52,382 bases of DNA. Origin: Cyanobacteriota bacterium. Lineage in GTDB: Bacteria; Cyanobacteriota; Cyanobacteriia; Thermostichales; Thermostichaceae. The notes below the pieces were generated by a model that did not search any database, was not told the DNA's origin, and saw only the letters and a program-made list of their open reading frames with translations. The position numbers and the translations under genes were made by a program. The DNA lies in assembly GCA_033764955.1 (NCBI GenBank), contig JANRIL010000025.1, positions 1 through 52,382 on the forward strand, given 5' to 3'. Every line of letters begins with the position of its first letter. The stretch's first letter is position 1. Of this stretch, positions 19,941 through 29,400 are shown in pieces.

Positions 19941-22900
19941 GGTTAGGCAGGCCGATCACCTGGGTATAGGATCCCCGTGCCTGGGTTACCCCGATGGTGC
20001 GTTCGGCCTTTTCAATCATGGGCCGACGCAAACTGACCACCATAAACTGCGCCTGCTGCGCCTGCTGCCAAATCATGGTGGCTAAGCGTTCCACATTCGC
20101 CCCATCCAAAAACATATCCACCTCATCAAACGCATAAAAACTGGAGGGACGGTAGCGTTGCAGGGCAAAAATAAAGCTGAGGGCAGTCAAGGATTTTTCT
20201 CCCCCCGACATGGAGGTGAGGCGACGCACAGGTTTCCCCTTCGGATGAGCCACCAATGATAGTCCTCCCGCTAACGGATCCTGAGGATTTTCCAGTTCCA
20301 GATGTCCGTCTCCATCCGACAATTGGGCAAAGATCGCGCGAAAGTGGTGATCCACCGCCGCAAAGGCATCCAAAAAGGCTTGTCGGCGCAGGGTGGCAAA
20401 GTTTTCGATGCGTAACAACAACTCGGTGCGCTCCTGTTGTAGGGTTTCTAGCTTTTGACTGAGATCGCTGAGGCGGTTTTGGGTGTCTTCTACCTCTTGG
20501 ATCGCCAGCATATTGACGGGTTCGAGGGCGCGGAGTTTTTCTTCGGTGCGGCGGCGCTGTCGTTGCAGTTCCTCAAGGGTGAGTTGGGCGGGTACCTCCG
20601 GTAAAGGATCCGGTAGCTGGCGGTGAGCAAGTTCGGCTTGTTCAACCAACTGTTGCCGCAGGATTTCTTTTTCCTGTTGTTGGGTGAGGGCATGGTGGTG
20701 ATCCCATTCCAACCGTTGCAACTGTTGTTGCTGGGTACGCAGTTGAAACTCCTGTTGATCCCGTTGTTGGCGGAGATGGGCTAGCCGTGCTTCCGCGAGA
20801 GCCAGTTGCTCCTGCAAGCCATCAATTTGGGCTTGGCATTGGCTGATTTGGGTCTGCTGCTGCTCAATGTGTTGGTCGATCTGGTTCTGGCGCTGTCGCC
20901 ACTCCTGAATGCGTTCCTGCTGTTGGGACTGTTGAGCTTGGTTGATCTGTTGTTGGCTAAGGATCTGCTGCTGCTGTTGCTCCAGATCGCGGATCTGCTG
21001 GTTGAGTTGGTGGAGGGATCCCTCTTGCTGCTGGAGGGTGGCTTGTGCCTGTTGCCAGTGTTGATTGACGGGGGAATCTTCCAATTGCTTGAGCTTGAGG
21101 GTGAGGTCGCTGAGGCGGGCTTGCAGGGGTTGCAAGTCGGCTTGTAGGTGCTGAAGGCGGGCTTGGCTCTGGGTTCGCTGGGTTTGGAGGCTGTGCAGGG
21201 TTTGTTGGAGGTGCTGCTGCCGATCGTGACGGGTTTGCCACTCGGTTTGGTGGCGGTGGTGGGCTTGCTGGGCTTGCTGGGCAGTCTGTCGCCATTCGGC
21301 CAACGCCTGGGTTAGCTGCTTGGCTTGGGCTTGTTGGGCTTGCAGGCGGGGGGTGAGGGTATGCAGCAGATCTTCGAGATCGTTCAGGCGATGGCGCAAA
21401 CTTTCCACTTCGGCAGATTCGCGGGCTCCAAAGTGCAGGCTGGATTTTTGGGGCTGACTGCCCCCGGTCATGGCCCCTGAGGTTTCCAGCAACTCCCCTT
21501 CTAGGGTAACCATGCGATAGCGACCGATGTGGGGTTGGGCGGCGGAGAGGCTTTCAAACACCACCGTCTGGCCAAAAACAAACCCAAACACATCCCGAAA
21601 GCGGTCGGCAAAGCGCACCAACCGTACCGCATAATCAACCGCTCCTGGCAGGTGGAGGGGGCTGGGGGGGCGGGTGGGCTGCAATTTGTTGAGGGGCAAA
21701 AAAGTGGCTCGTCCAGCTTTTTCCCGTTTGAGAAAGTGGATGGCACTGCTGGCTACGGTGTCGTCTTCCACTACCCAAAAGTTGAGGCGATTTCCCGCCG
21801 CCATCTCTAGGGCTATCTGGTATTGGGGATCCACCTCTGCCAATTGGGCGACTAATCCCAGCACCCCCGGCAGTTGAGCCGCCGTGATCACCTGGCTGGC
21901 GCGGGATCCCTGGGTATCTTGCAAGACCTGTTGGCGGGTTTCTAACTTGTCCAGTTGCCGTTGTTTGGTGTGAAATTCACTTTGCAACCGTTGGGTGGTG
22001 GCCTGATCGGTTTCCAGACTGGTTTGCAGCGCTGCCAGTTGAGCGGCTAAAGTTTGTACCTGGATTTCCGCCTGGGTTTGTGCCTCCGCCAGGGGTTGGG
22101 CTTGGGCGGATTGGGATCCCAACCATGCCTCGATCTGGGCTAACTCTGCTTGCAGCGTTTGCTCTTGACGAGCCAGTTGGTGGTATTGCTCCTCTAGGCG
22201 GATGGCCTCCTGCTGGGACGGATCATAGAGTTGACGGGTTTCTTCCATCTGGCGCGTTAGGTAGCGTTGCTGCTTTACCCAGGCATCGGCAGATTGAGCC
22301 AAAGCTTGTAAATGCTCTCGTGCCGCCAACAGAGCAGTCTGAGCTTGCTGGTGTTGTTGGGCAAGCTCCTGTTGTTGCCTAGCCAGATGGATGTGACGCT
22401 GCTCTAAAGTGGTTTGCTGGGTTTGCCACTCTTGGATCTGAACCTCCGATTGGTGGATGTGCTGGTGGATCGATTGATGGTCGGCTTGCCCCGTTTGTAT
22501 CTGCTGTTGAAGCTGCTGTTTTTGAGCTTGCCAGGTAGCAATTTGGCTCTGCATTTGCAAGTATTCTTCTTCCCCTAGGGCATGAATGCGGCTTTGCATC
22601 TCCGCTAGGGCTTGCTCACTCTTGGTCAATTGCTCACGCAGTTGCGCTTGCTGGGCTTGCGCCGTCGCCTGCTGCTGCTGGTGTTCCTGAATGGCGTTGT
22701 TCAACTGCTCAATCTGGGTGTGCAGATGTCTCCAGGTAAGAATTTGCTGGCGGGCTTCGATCTCTGCCAGATCGCGGCGTAGTTGTTGATAGTGCTGAGC
22801 CTTTTGACTTTCCTGTACAAGACGGCTGAGATGGGCTTGCCATTCCTGCTCGATCAAGCGAAATCGCTCAATTTGCTCACGAACTGCTTCCAGCTTGTTG

Positions 22901-23502
22901 TTGGCTTGGGTGATCTTGCGGTCAAAGGTAGCAACCCCAGCCAGTTCATCAATAATTTGACGGCGCTCCTTAGCATTCATAGAAATAATACTGGTCACAT
23001 CCCCTTGCAGGACAACGTTATAGCCATTGGGGTAGATGTGCATAGCTTCTAGCTGCTCGTGTAGCTCAGCCAAAGTGCAGGGAACATCGTTGATATAGAA
23101 GGTGCTGGTATAGCCAGGATTTTCTTCATCCCCTGCTCGATTGGGGTTGACCCGTAGCCGCCGCGTCACTTTCCAAGCATCAGGAGGATCCCCTGCCCCT
23201 TCAGAGGGGGACTGAACAGGGGTGGGCTGAGGGGAGGATCCCAGGGCGAAGGTTACCGATACGGAGGTTTCTACCCGTCGCTTGTGCCCTTCTAAACTGC
23301 CGGAATGGACAAGATCCAGCAATTTCTCGGCACGCATCCCCCGTGATGAAGACAAGCCCAGGGCAAACAGCAGGGCATCTAAGATATTGGATTTGCCGGA
23401 CCCATTGGGTCCCGAAATGACGGTAAATCCTGGCAGCAGTGGAATAACAGTGGTGCTGCCAAAGGATTTGAAGCGAGTAAGCTCGATTTGCCTAACGTAC
23501 AT
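19933..23502 (-). CDS. smc: Chromosome segregation protein SMC
   Basis: FKSF, GPNGSGKSN, Q-loop VVLQGDV, hinge GRATFLPL..GAMTGG, signature MSGGEKS, Walker B/D-loop FDEVDMFLD; very Gln-rich coiled coils. Confidence 0.97.
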   Translation of the reverse strand: MYVRQIELTRFKSFGSTTVIPLLPGFTVISGPNGSGKSNILDALLFALGLSSSRGMRAEKLLDLVHSGSLEGHKRRVETSVSVTFALGSSPQPTPVQSPSEGAGDPPDAWKVTRRLRVNPNRAGDEENPGYTSTFYINDVPCTLAELHEQLEAMHIYPNGYNVVLQGDVTSIISMNAKERRQIIDELAGVATFDRKITQANNKLEAVREQIERFRLIEQEWQAHLSRLVQESQKAQHYQQLRRDLAEIEARQQILTWRHLHTQIEQLNNAIQEHQQQQATAQAQQAQLREQLTKSEQALAEMQSRIHALGEEEYLQMQSQIATWQAQKQQLQQQIQTGQADHQSIHQHIHQSEVQIQEWQTQQTTLEQRHIHLARQQQELAQQHQQAQTALLAAREHLQALAQSADAWVKQQRYLTRQMEETRQLYDPSQQEAIRLEEQYHQLARQEQTLQAELAQIEAWLGSQSAQAQPLAEAQTQAEIQVQTLAAQLAALQTSLETDQATTQRLQSEFHTKQRQLDKLETRQQVLQDTQGSRASQVITAAQLPGVLGLVAQLAEVDPQYQIALEMAAGNRLNFWVVEDDTVASSAIHFLKREKAGRATFLPLNKLQPTRPPSPLHLPGAVDYAVRLVRFADRFRDVFGFVFGQTVVFESLSAAQPHIGRYRMVTLEGELLETSGAMTGGSQPQKSSLHFGARESAEVESLRHRLNDLEDLLHTLTPRLQAQQAQAKQLTQALAEWRQTAQQAQQAHHRHQTEWQTRHDRQQHLQQTLHSLQTQRTQSQARLQHLQADLQPLQARLSDLTLKLKQLEDSPVNQHWQQAQATLQQQEGSLHQLNQQIRDLEQQQQQILSQQQINQAQQSQQQERIQEWRQRQNQIDQHIEQQQTQISQCQAQIDGLQEQLALAEARLAHLRQQRDQQEFQLRTQQQQLQRLEWDHHHALTQQQEKEILRQQLVEQAELAHRQLPDPLPEVPAQLTLEELQRQRRRTEEKLRALEPVNMLAIQEVEDTQNRLSDLSQKLETLQQERTELLLRIENFATLRRQAFLDAFAAVDHHFRAIFAQLSDGDGHLELENPQDPLAGGLSLVAHPKGKPVRRLTSMSGGEKSLTALSFIFALQRYRPSSFYAFDEVDMFLDGANVERLATMIWQQAQQAQFMVVSLRRPMIEKAERTIGVTQARGSYTQVIGLPNRA

Positions 23503-23710
23503 CTAGTGCTAGGCCAGTCAAATGACAGCTTTACCGTAGCATGGGTGGAGCAACTTGCCACCTAGTTCAGACATTCTTGAGGTTCAGAAGTACGGGTTCC
23601 CCAATCATCACAATTTCAAGACAAGACTCAGGTATATCCAGAGCTAGCAGAGAGGGTCTGAATAAAGGAGTCGAGCACAGATCAAGAATCCTTTTCGGAA
23701 GGGATCCATT

Positions 23711-24502
23711 TTAGGGATCCCCTAGGGCGATGACCTGTTGGATGGATAATCCGGTTATATCCGCCACCTGTGCAGAATCCATACCCATCCTTAGCAAGTT
23801 ACGGGCAATTTGTTCGACTCGCTGTTCGGCTCGCTGTTCGGCTCGCTGTTCCCCTTCCGCAATTAAATCTTGAACGTAGCGAGTCTGCTTCAGATCATCC
23901 ATCGTAAAAAACATGGCCTCTAACTCCGCACGACTTAATCGACTAAACTTATAAACAATCACCTTCTCTATCAATTCTAAGAGCTGGTTTGAGTCTGGGC
24001 TAGGCTGACGGCGAACCCGTTGCAGTACCCGCTGGGCGACTTCGTAGGCAAGGCTCTCTTTTGCCAAAACAATCTGTAAAATTCCTATTCCAATCGATGA
24101 AGTTTCTTGCTCAATCAGATCCTCTAGATAAAAAATGTGGAGTTGGCCAGATAACTCCAGACCACGATAATGCTTGGGCACTCCCGGATCCAGCTTACGC
24201 TCAGCAAAGATAGCAACAACCTGCCAATCTTGCTCAGGTCGATACTGACCCAGATAGACAAAGATCTCCGTAAATAAATCCCAATAGAACTCAGGCTTAG
24301 GCTGAAATTGTACCTCAACAAAATAAATAGCTTGCTCAAGTGATCGGGGCAAGAAAATTCCATCAAAGCGAAAGGCTAGCTCTTTCACCTCCTGAGAAAC
24401 AAACTGATAAGATTGAGCCAATTCAGAGGGCTGACCAAGTAGTTCAAACAAGACTTCCGGCAATATTTGAAATAGCTGGTAGAAAATCGTGTCTGTCCGC
24501 AT
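23711..24502 (-). CDS. Rpn family recombination-promoting nuclease / DUF2887 PD-(D/E)xK protein
   Basis: MRTDTIFYQLF, EVKELAFRFDGIFLP, IYFVEVQFQ, VYKFSRLSRAELEAMF, EQRA repeats, C-terminal HTH IARNLLRMGMDSAQVADITGLS. Confidence 0.9.
   Translation of the reverse strand: MRTDTIFYQLFQILPEVLFELLGQPSELAQSYQFVSQEVKELAFRFDGIFLPRSLEQAIYFVEVQFQPKPEFYWDLFTEIFVYLGQYRPEQDWQVVAIFAERKLDPGVPKHYRGLELSGQLHIFYLEDLIEQETSSIGIGILQIVLAKESLAYEVAQRVLQRVRRQPSPDSNQLLELIEKVIVYKFSRLSRAELEAMFFTMDDLKQTRYVQDLIAEGEQRAEQRAEQRVEQIARNLLRMGMDSAQVADITGLSIQQVIALGDP
23810..23851 (-). repeat. 12-bp coding tandem repeat (EQRA-EQRA-EQRV) in the Rpn C-terminus
   Basis: ttgttcgactcgctgttcggctcgctgttcggctcgctgttc on the + strand. Confidence 0.8.
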
Positions 24503-24655
24503 GGCTTTTCACTAGCTCCTACCTCTCATCGACTGTTTTGGGCGCAGAGGATGGCGAACCTAGGGATCCCTATTCGCTTCAGACAAACCGGGATCCCAAC
24601 CATGCCCCACCCATCTAGTCTGGTCAAGGAAAAGCTTGCTCCTCTGGCCACTTAG

Positions 24656-24925
24656 CTAGGGATCGATCAACGTGCGGTAAGTCAGACTGGCGGCCACCTC
24701 TAACGATTTAGCCGCATCCCGAAAATAATAGCCGGCTGCCTCGTCCTGGGGGGTGGCATCACTTTTGCCCAACTTGGCTTTTGACTGCATCGAACAATAC
24801 ATCGCTAATCCCACCAAAATTTCCGATAACCCATGTTGCCCAATCAGCGTTTCAATATCTTCTAATAGGCTCTTGATTAAAGCATCAGAAATGGGTTCGG
24901 GTAAGCTTTCCATCGTGTTATTCAT
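24656..24925 (-). CDS. Hypothetical small helical protein
   Basis: 89-aa ORF, co-oriented with its neighbours, GAGGA upstream; no family recognised. Confidence 0.6.
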   Translation of the reverse strand: MNNTMESLPEPISDALIKSLLEDIETLIGQHGLSEILVGLAMYCSMQSKAKLGKSDATPQDEAAGYYFRDAAKSLEVAASLTYRTLIDP

Positions 24926-25046
24926 CGCTCGATCTCAGTCCTCAAAATAATTTCAGGGTCGGGTCAAACCTTGGGGAAGGCTGATTCTATATTTATGATC
25001 TCCTATCCTCTCCATCCAATTCCAAAGGAAATCAGAAGTTTGGCTC

Positions 25047-25949
25047 TTAACAGGTCGGGATCCCTTGCGACTGCCAGCGTTTTTTCCAGGCGGATGTGGC
25101 CTCTAGGGAAGAGCGTTGTTGCTCCTGTTGGCGAGCAAGACGGATCTGTTCCCTGGTCTGGCGTAGGGTGGGATCCCGATAGGGCACGGCGGCTTTGGTT
25201 TGCAAATGCTCCTGTTCAGCCGGAGAGAGGGGAGGTAAATCGGTTCCCGGCCAGCAGGCTACCGTTCCCGGCCACGGGCGACCCACAGGCGGGGTAGAGC
25301 CAATCTGCAAGCCTGCCTCTTGCAACGCCGAGCGCACTGCTGCCCCACAGGAATAGGTGGCTAGCCGAGCTTGCGGTTTCAGGCGGCGAGCAATCTCCGT
25401 TAAAAAATCCACTGTCCACAACTCAGGGCAAACCGAGGGGGAAAACGGATCCAAAAATACAGCATCCGCCCAAGCCAAAGGAACCTGAAGGATGGTTTGC
25501 CGCGCATCCCCCCACTTTAGGGATCCCTGCCAGCGGGGGGTGAAAATCTCCCCAGCCTCCAACCAGCGCTGCCACTCCGCTTGCCAGTCTTCCCCCTCCG
25601 ATCCCTGCCCAAATCGGATCCCCACCTGATGGGCTTGCTGAACCACCGCCGGATCATTTTCCAAACCGATGCTGATCACCCGACAGGCGGGAGCCACCTG
25701 CCAGATGGTTTCTAAAGCTACCCCCGTGTTATACCCCAGACCAAAGCAGACATCCAAAAGATGAATCTCCACCTGCTCAGCCGCTAACTGGGGCAATAAA
25801 CAGGGTAGCGCAAACTTTTCCAGGGCTTCTTGGCGCGCCCCACTCAAATTGTGCAGAGCTTGTCCAAACTGCTCCGAATAAAAAGTTAAGGATCCATCCC
25901 CCGTTTCCACCATCCGTAGGGGGGGAGTGTCTTCAGAGATCCCGGTCAT
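25047..25949 (-). CDS. MnmC/MnmD-like SAM-dependent methyltransferase (tRNA mnm5s2U34), methyltransferase domain only
   Basis: TGDGSLTFYSEQFGQALH, GARQEALEKF, LDVCFGLGYN, WGDARQ, FLDPFSPSVCPELWT, LATYSC, AAVPYRDP. Confidence 0.85.
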   Translation of the reverse strand: MTGISEDTPPLRMVETGDGSLTFYSEQFGQALHNLSGARQEALEKFALPCLLPQLAAEQVEIHLLDVCFGLGYNTGVALETIWQVAPACRVISIGLENDPAVVQQAHQVGIRFGQGSEGEDWQAEWQRWLEAGEIFTPRWQGSLKWGDARQTILQVPLAWADAVFLDPFSPSVCPELWTVDFLTEIARRLKPQARLATYSCGAAVRSALQEAGLQIGSTPPVGRPWPGTVACWPGTDLPPLSPAEQEHLQTKAAVPYRDPTLRQTREQIRLARQQEQQRSSLEATSAWKKRWQSQGIPTC

Positions 25950-26398
25950 AGCTCACCTTGACACCAGCCAATCAGCGGGATCCGGGCCGCATCAAAAGCC
26001 CTCACCTGATCGGATCCCAAGGCTTGCAGTTCCTGTAAATTTTCCTGACTCGATTCCACCAATGATTCCAGATGGATCCCATGATAGGAGGGCAAATAAT
26101 CCGCCAATTTAGAGACTCCTTCCCCTAACAAAATCACACAACCCCGCCAATTGTTTTGACTCAGATGATAATAAGCCACAGCTAATTGCAATAATCCTTG
26201 ATAAAACTTACGATCCGCAGGTTTGGCCTCCAGCCAAAGCCGCTCCAGCGTATCGTGGCAGGCATAAAAGCCTCGCCCATTAAACTGATCAATCGCCAAT
26301 CGAAAATCATCGCCATCCACGCCGCTCACCCTCCTTGAGGCGAATCTCATCTGGATCCCCCTAGAGGTGGGGATGCAACCCAGCACCCTCTCCCCCAT
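25946..26398 (-). CDS. DUF309 domain protein
   Basis: FNGRGFYACHDTLERLW, FYQGLLQLAVAYYH, NWRGCVILLGEG; stop overlaps the methyltransferase ATG (ATGA); true start may be further downstream. Confidence 0.85.
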   Translation of the reverse strand: MGERVLGCIPTSRGIQMRFASRRVSGVDGDDFRLAIDQFNGRGFYACHDTLERLWLEAKPADRKFYQGLLQLAVAYYHLSQNNWRGCVILLGEGVSKLADYLPSYHGIHLESLVESSQENLQELQALGSDQVRAFDAARIPLIGWCQGEL

Positions 26399-26455
26399 AC
26401 TACGAGTGTATGGCTGATTCGTGGGTCGTCAGAGACTTCTTTGGAGCTAATCCCT

Positions 26456-29400
26456 ATGCCCTCCTCCCAATTCCGTGTACTGATTCAACTGACGCTCAAG
26501 CTTGCGGCTTCATTGCCAGCCAGCCTCACCCAAAAACGGGCACAACAAAAGGGATTTGTCTTACCGATTGCTCTACTGATTGTTTTGGTTCTCTCGCTTG
26601 TCACCGTGGGTCTACTCAGTCGATCTTCGGATCGTAATCGTCAAACGACCCTTGAGCGAGCCAGTCAGGTGGTCAACAAACAGCTCAACTCTGCCCTTGA
26701 TCGTGGTCGTGCCAAAATCAGCTTTCTGATTCGTGATGGCCGTCTCCCCCGTAGTACCCCGTCGGATCAAGAATTCCGTGATGCTCTATTTGATATCTCT
26801 TCTCCCACCTACGCCAGCTTGGGGAGTGAGAGTCCTTACATTTTGCCGGGAGAAACCCAGTTTCAAATTACTTCTGCTATTGACCCTGGGGTCAGGGTGC
26901 CTGCCTGGTGGTTCAGTGTCGATACCAACAACGATGGGGTTGATGATGCCGTCACGGCTTACATGATTCTCTTCGACCGGAGTGTTGGCCTAGCTCCTGG
27001 TGAGCTACGGGTTGAGGATCCGGGAGTTCCCGATAATGACCGGGCAGATGCTCTCCTCCTCCGCAATGGGCCTCTAGAAGGAGCTTCTTTAGATGCCTCC
27101 TGTGTAGATGATCCCCTTGGTGGTGGAGTGGTGGCAGATCAAGGAGACTGGTTCCAAGTTGGATCTAAGCTTTATAAGCCTTTTCAGGTCTATGCCGTTA
27201 CTCTGCCCAATGCTGACTCAGGTGGCAGCACAAGAGCCATTTCAGCCTTGCAATATCAACAGGATCGCCAGCGGGATGTTTTGAACAAGTGGGGGGCTTT
27301 TAGTCCATCCGATGTGGATTTCTTCTACACCCCTGTTTTTAATTGGAATGGGGCGATGTTTGGGGGAAACCTATTCTTTGATCAGGTTTATACGGATGCC
27401 ACCCTCAAATTTAGAGCCTATCTCATTAGCTCTCCCTCCTCTTGTTTTTACATGCCCGCCAGCAACTCAGAGATTGTAGCCCTCAATGACATTGTGGCGG
27501 GAACTGTAGAAGGGGGATTAACGGATGGATTAGCCAGCTCAAATAATTATGTCTTTGACCGTCACCCTGGAGTAGCCGGACAAGATCCTGTTTTACCTTC
27601 TACTGATATTAATGTCGGCAATGACTCGGTTTTTGATAACACGGTTGAACCTTATCACATTTCGATCGATCCGCTCAGGCTTCTTATTTTTAACGAAAGT
27701 ACTTATCGTAACTACACAGAAAACCAAACGGGTTGGGATGTCTCTCCCCTCAACGCTGATACTTCAGATCCCGTGAAGGGGCGGGTGCTAGCTAATGATG
27801 AACGGTGTATCCCTTACGTGGATGATGTCTATCGAGCCGACAATCGGTTTGGGCCAAAACTATCTTATGACCGTCCTCTTTCGGAGACAACCGATGCCGA
27901 TCTGGATGGAGATGGAGACATTGAGGGTTGTCTAGAGTTTGTTGAGTCCTACAATGATACCTTTGGAGTTGCTGCTGGAGATGAGATTACTTCGACAGCG
28001 CTAGAAAACAATGAAGGGGAGAGCCTCATCGAAGATAATCCTCCTCCATCGGATCCAACAGCGGTTGGCTTAGATGGATATTGGGAGCGACGGTCACGAG
28101 TGGGTGGCCTGCGGGTTATTGTCGGTCAACGCCTTGAGTTAACACGTTCGAGTGCTCTGCCCTTGGCCATTCCTCCCACCCGCACCGGCACTGCTCTCTT
28201 GGCTAGTGATCCGTTTGCCATCCAGCCAACTCTACTAAGCAACATTGCTCGCCAGCGCATGACGCTAGAAGATAATCCGGCAGCGGTACAGGCTACAGCT
28301 GTCTATCACTACACCGAAAATGATGGGGAATTTCCAGTTGCCTGTTTAGCAACAACGGCTCACCCCGGCTCCCTGAGAAGTTTACAGCAGGCTTCAACGA
28401 TTACGGGACTACCTGTTGACTCAATCAACTTTTTTACCGGGTCGGGCACAAATGTATGGGAGTATGCTCCCCCTGCCGAAGGAGCTTTCACGAACGAAGG
28501 CAGCGATTTGATGAATGCCTTGCGTAACCTAGCTCACTTTGCCGGTGATCCTGAAGGGGCTTATCCTCCCGTACAAGAAGCTGGGTTTATTCATCCGGAT
28601 CCCTTTCTGTCAGCCTTTGGCAACTTCTCTGAGTTACGCCGCGTGATGGATTTGCTGGATACAACAGCAAGTTATGCCAGTCTAAGCATCGCTGACAAAA
28701 GCACTCTGCACACGGCAGGCTGTGCCTTGGGTATGTTAGCTCGCAACATTATTGAATTAAGAACCGATCTAGCAGCCACTGATCATAGACTGCTGTCGAT
28801 TAACGACTCGATTGATGGCGATAACCCCATTTTGCCGATTCCTGCCGCTAACCAGGCTCTCCCCCCCTACAATGAGCCACTTCCCTACAATGGCGTCCCT
28901 GCTGTTGCAGGTCCTCCAACCGAAATTACTCGACCCAATGTGGATGGAGCGAATGACTTTTCCCTAGCCAAATTGCTAGACAATCCTCGCTCAACCACTC
29001 TTTATTTACCTCTCTGGTATATTTTCCCAGAGGCCACTCATCAGGACAATGCAGGCCCTGGGCTGGTGCGATCTAGAGCTTCCAATGTGGTTGATACCAC
29101 TTATATTTATCAGCCTATCAACCTCGCTAATGTGGCGATCCAACCAAGACCTACTATTGGAGGCTGGCGTCTACCCACCCGTAATGTCGGCGCATGTAAC
29201 CCAAACTCAGGCTCGAACAGCTCAAATCAGGAGTTGATTTCTGTCGATGGCAATTGCCACCGCGTTCCTTTCAAAGATTCGGCATTCTATGACGGACGAG
29301 AAGGCATGTCGGTACGAGCCTTGAATGTTGATTTAGCTCTTTTGACTAACAATGTTGGCGGACAAACTAATGGGTTGATCGGCGGGGATACCTGGATCCC

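Noticed and set aside
20600..22800. Low-complexity ctg/ttg-rich region and Leu-rich plus-strand ORFs
   Set aside because: Explained by the Gln-rich SMC coiled coils on the minus strand.
23711..24502. Calling the Rpn/DUF2887 gene an IS transposase
   Set aside because: No terminal inverted repeats or target duplications are seen, and the family is a PD-(D/E)xK nuclease, not DDE or HUH.
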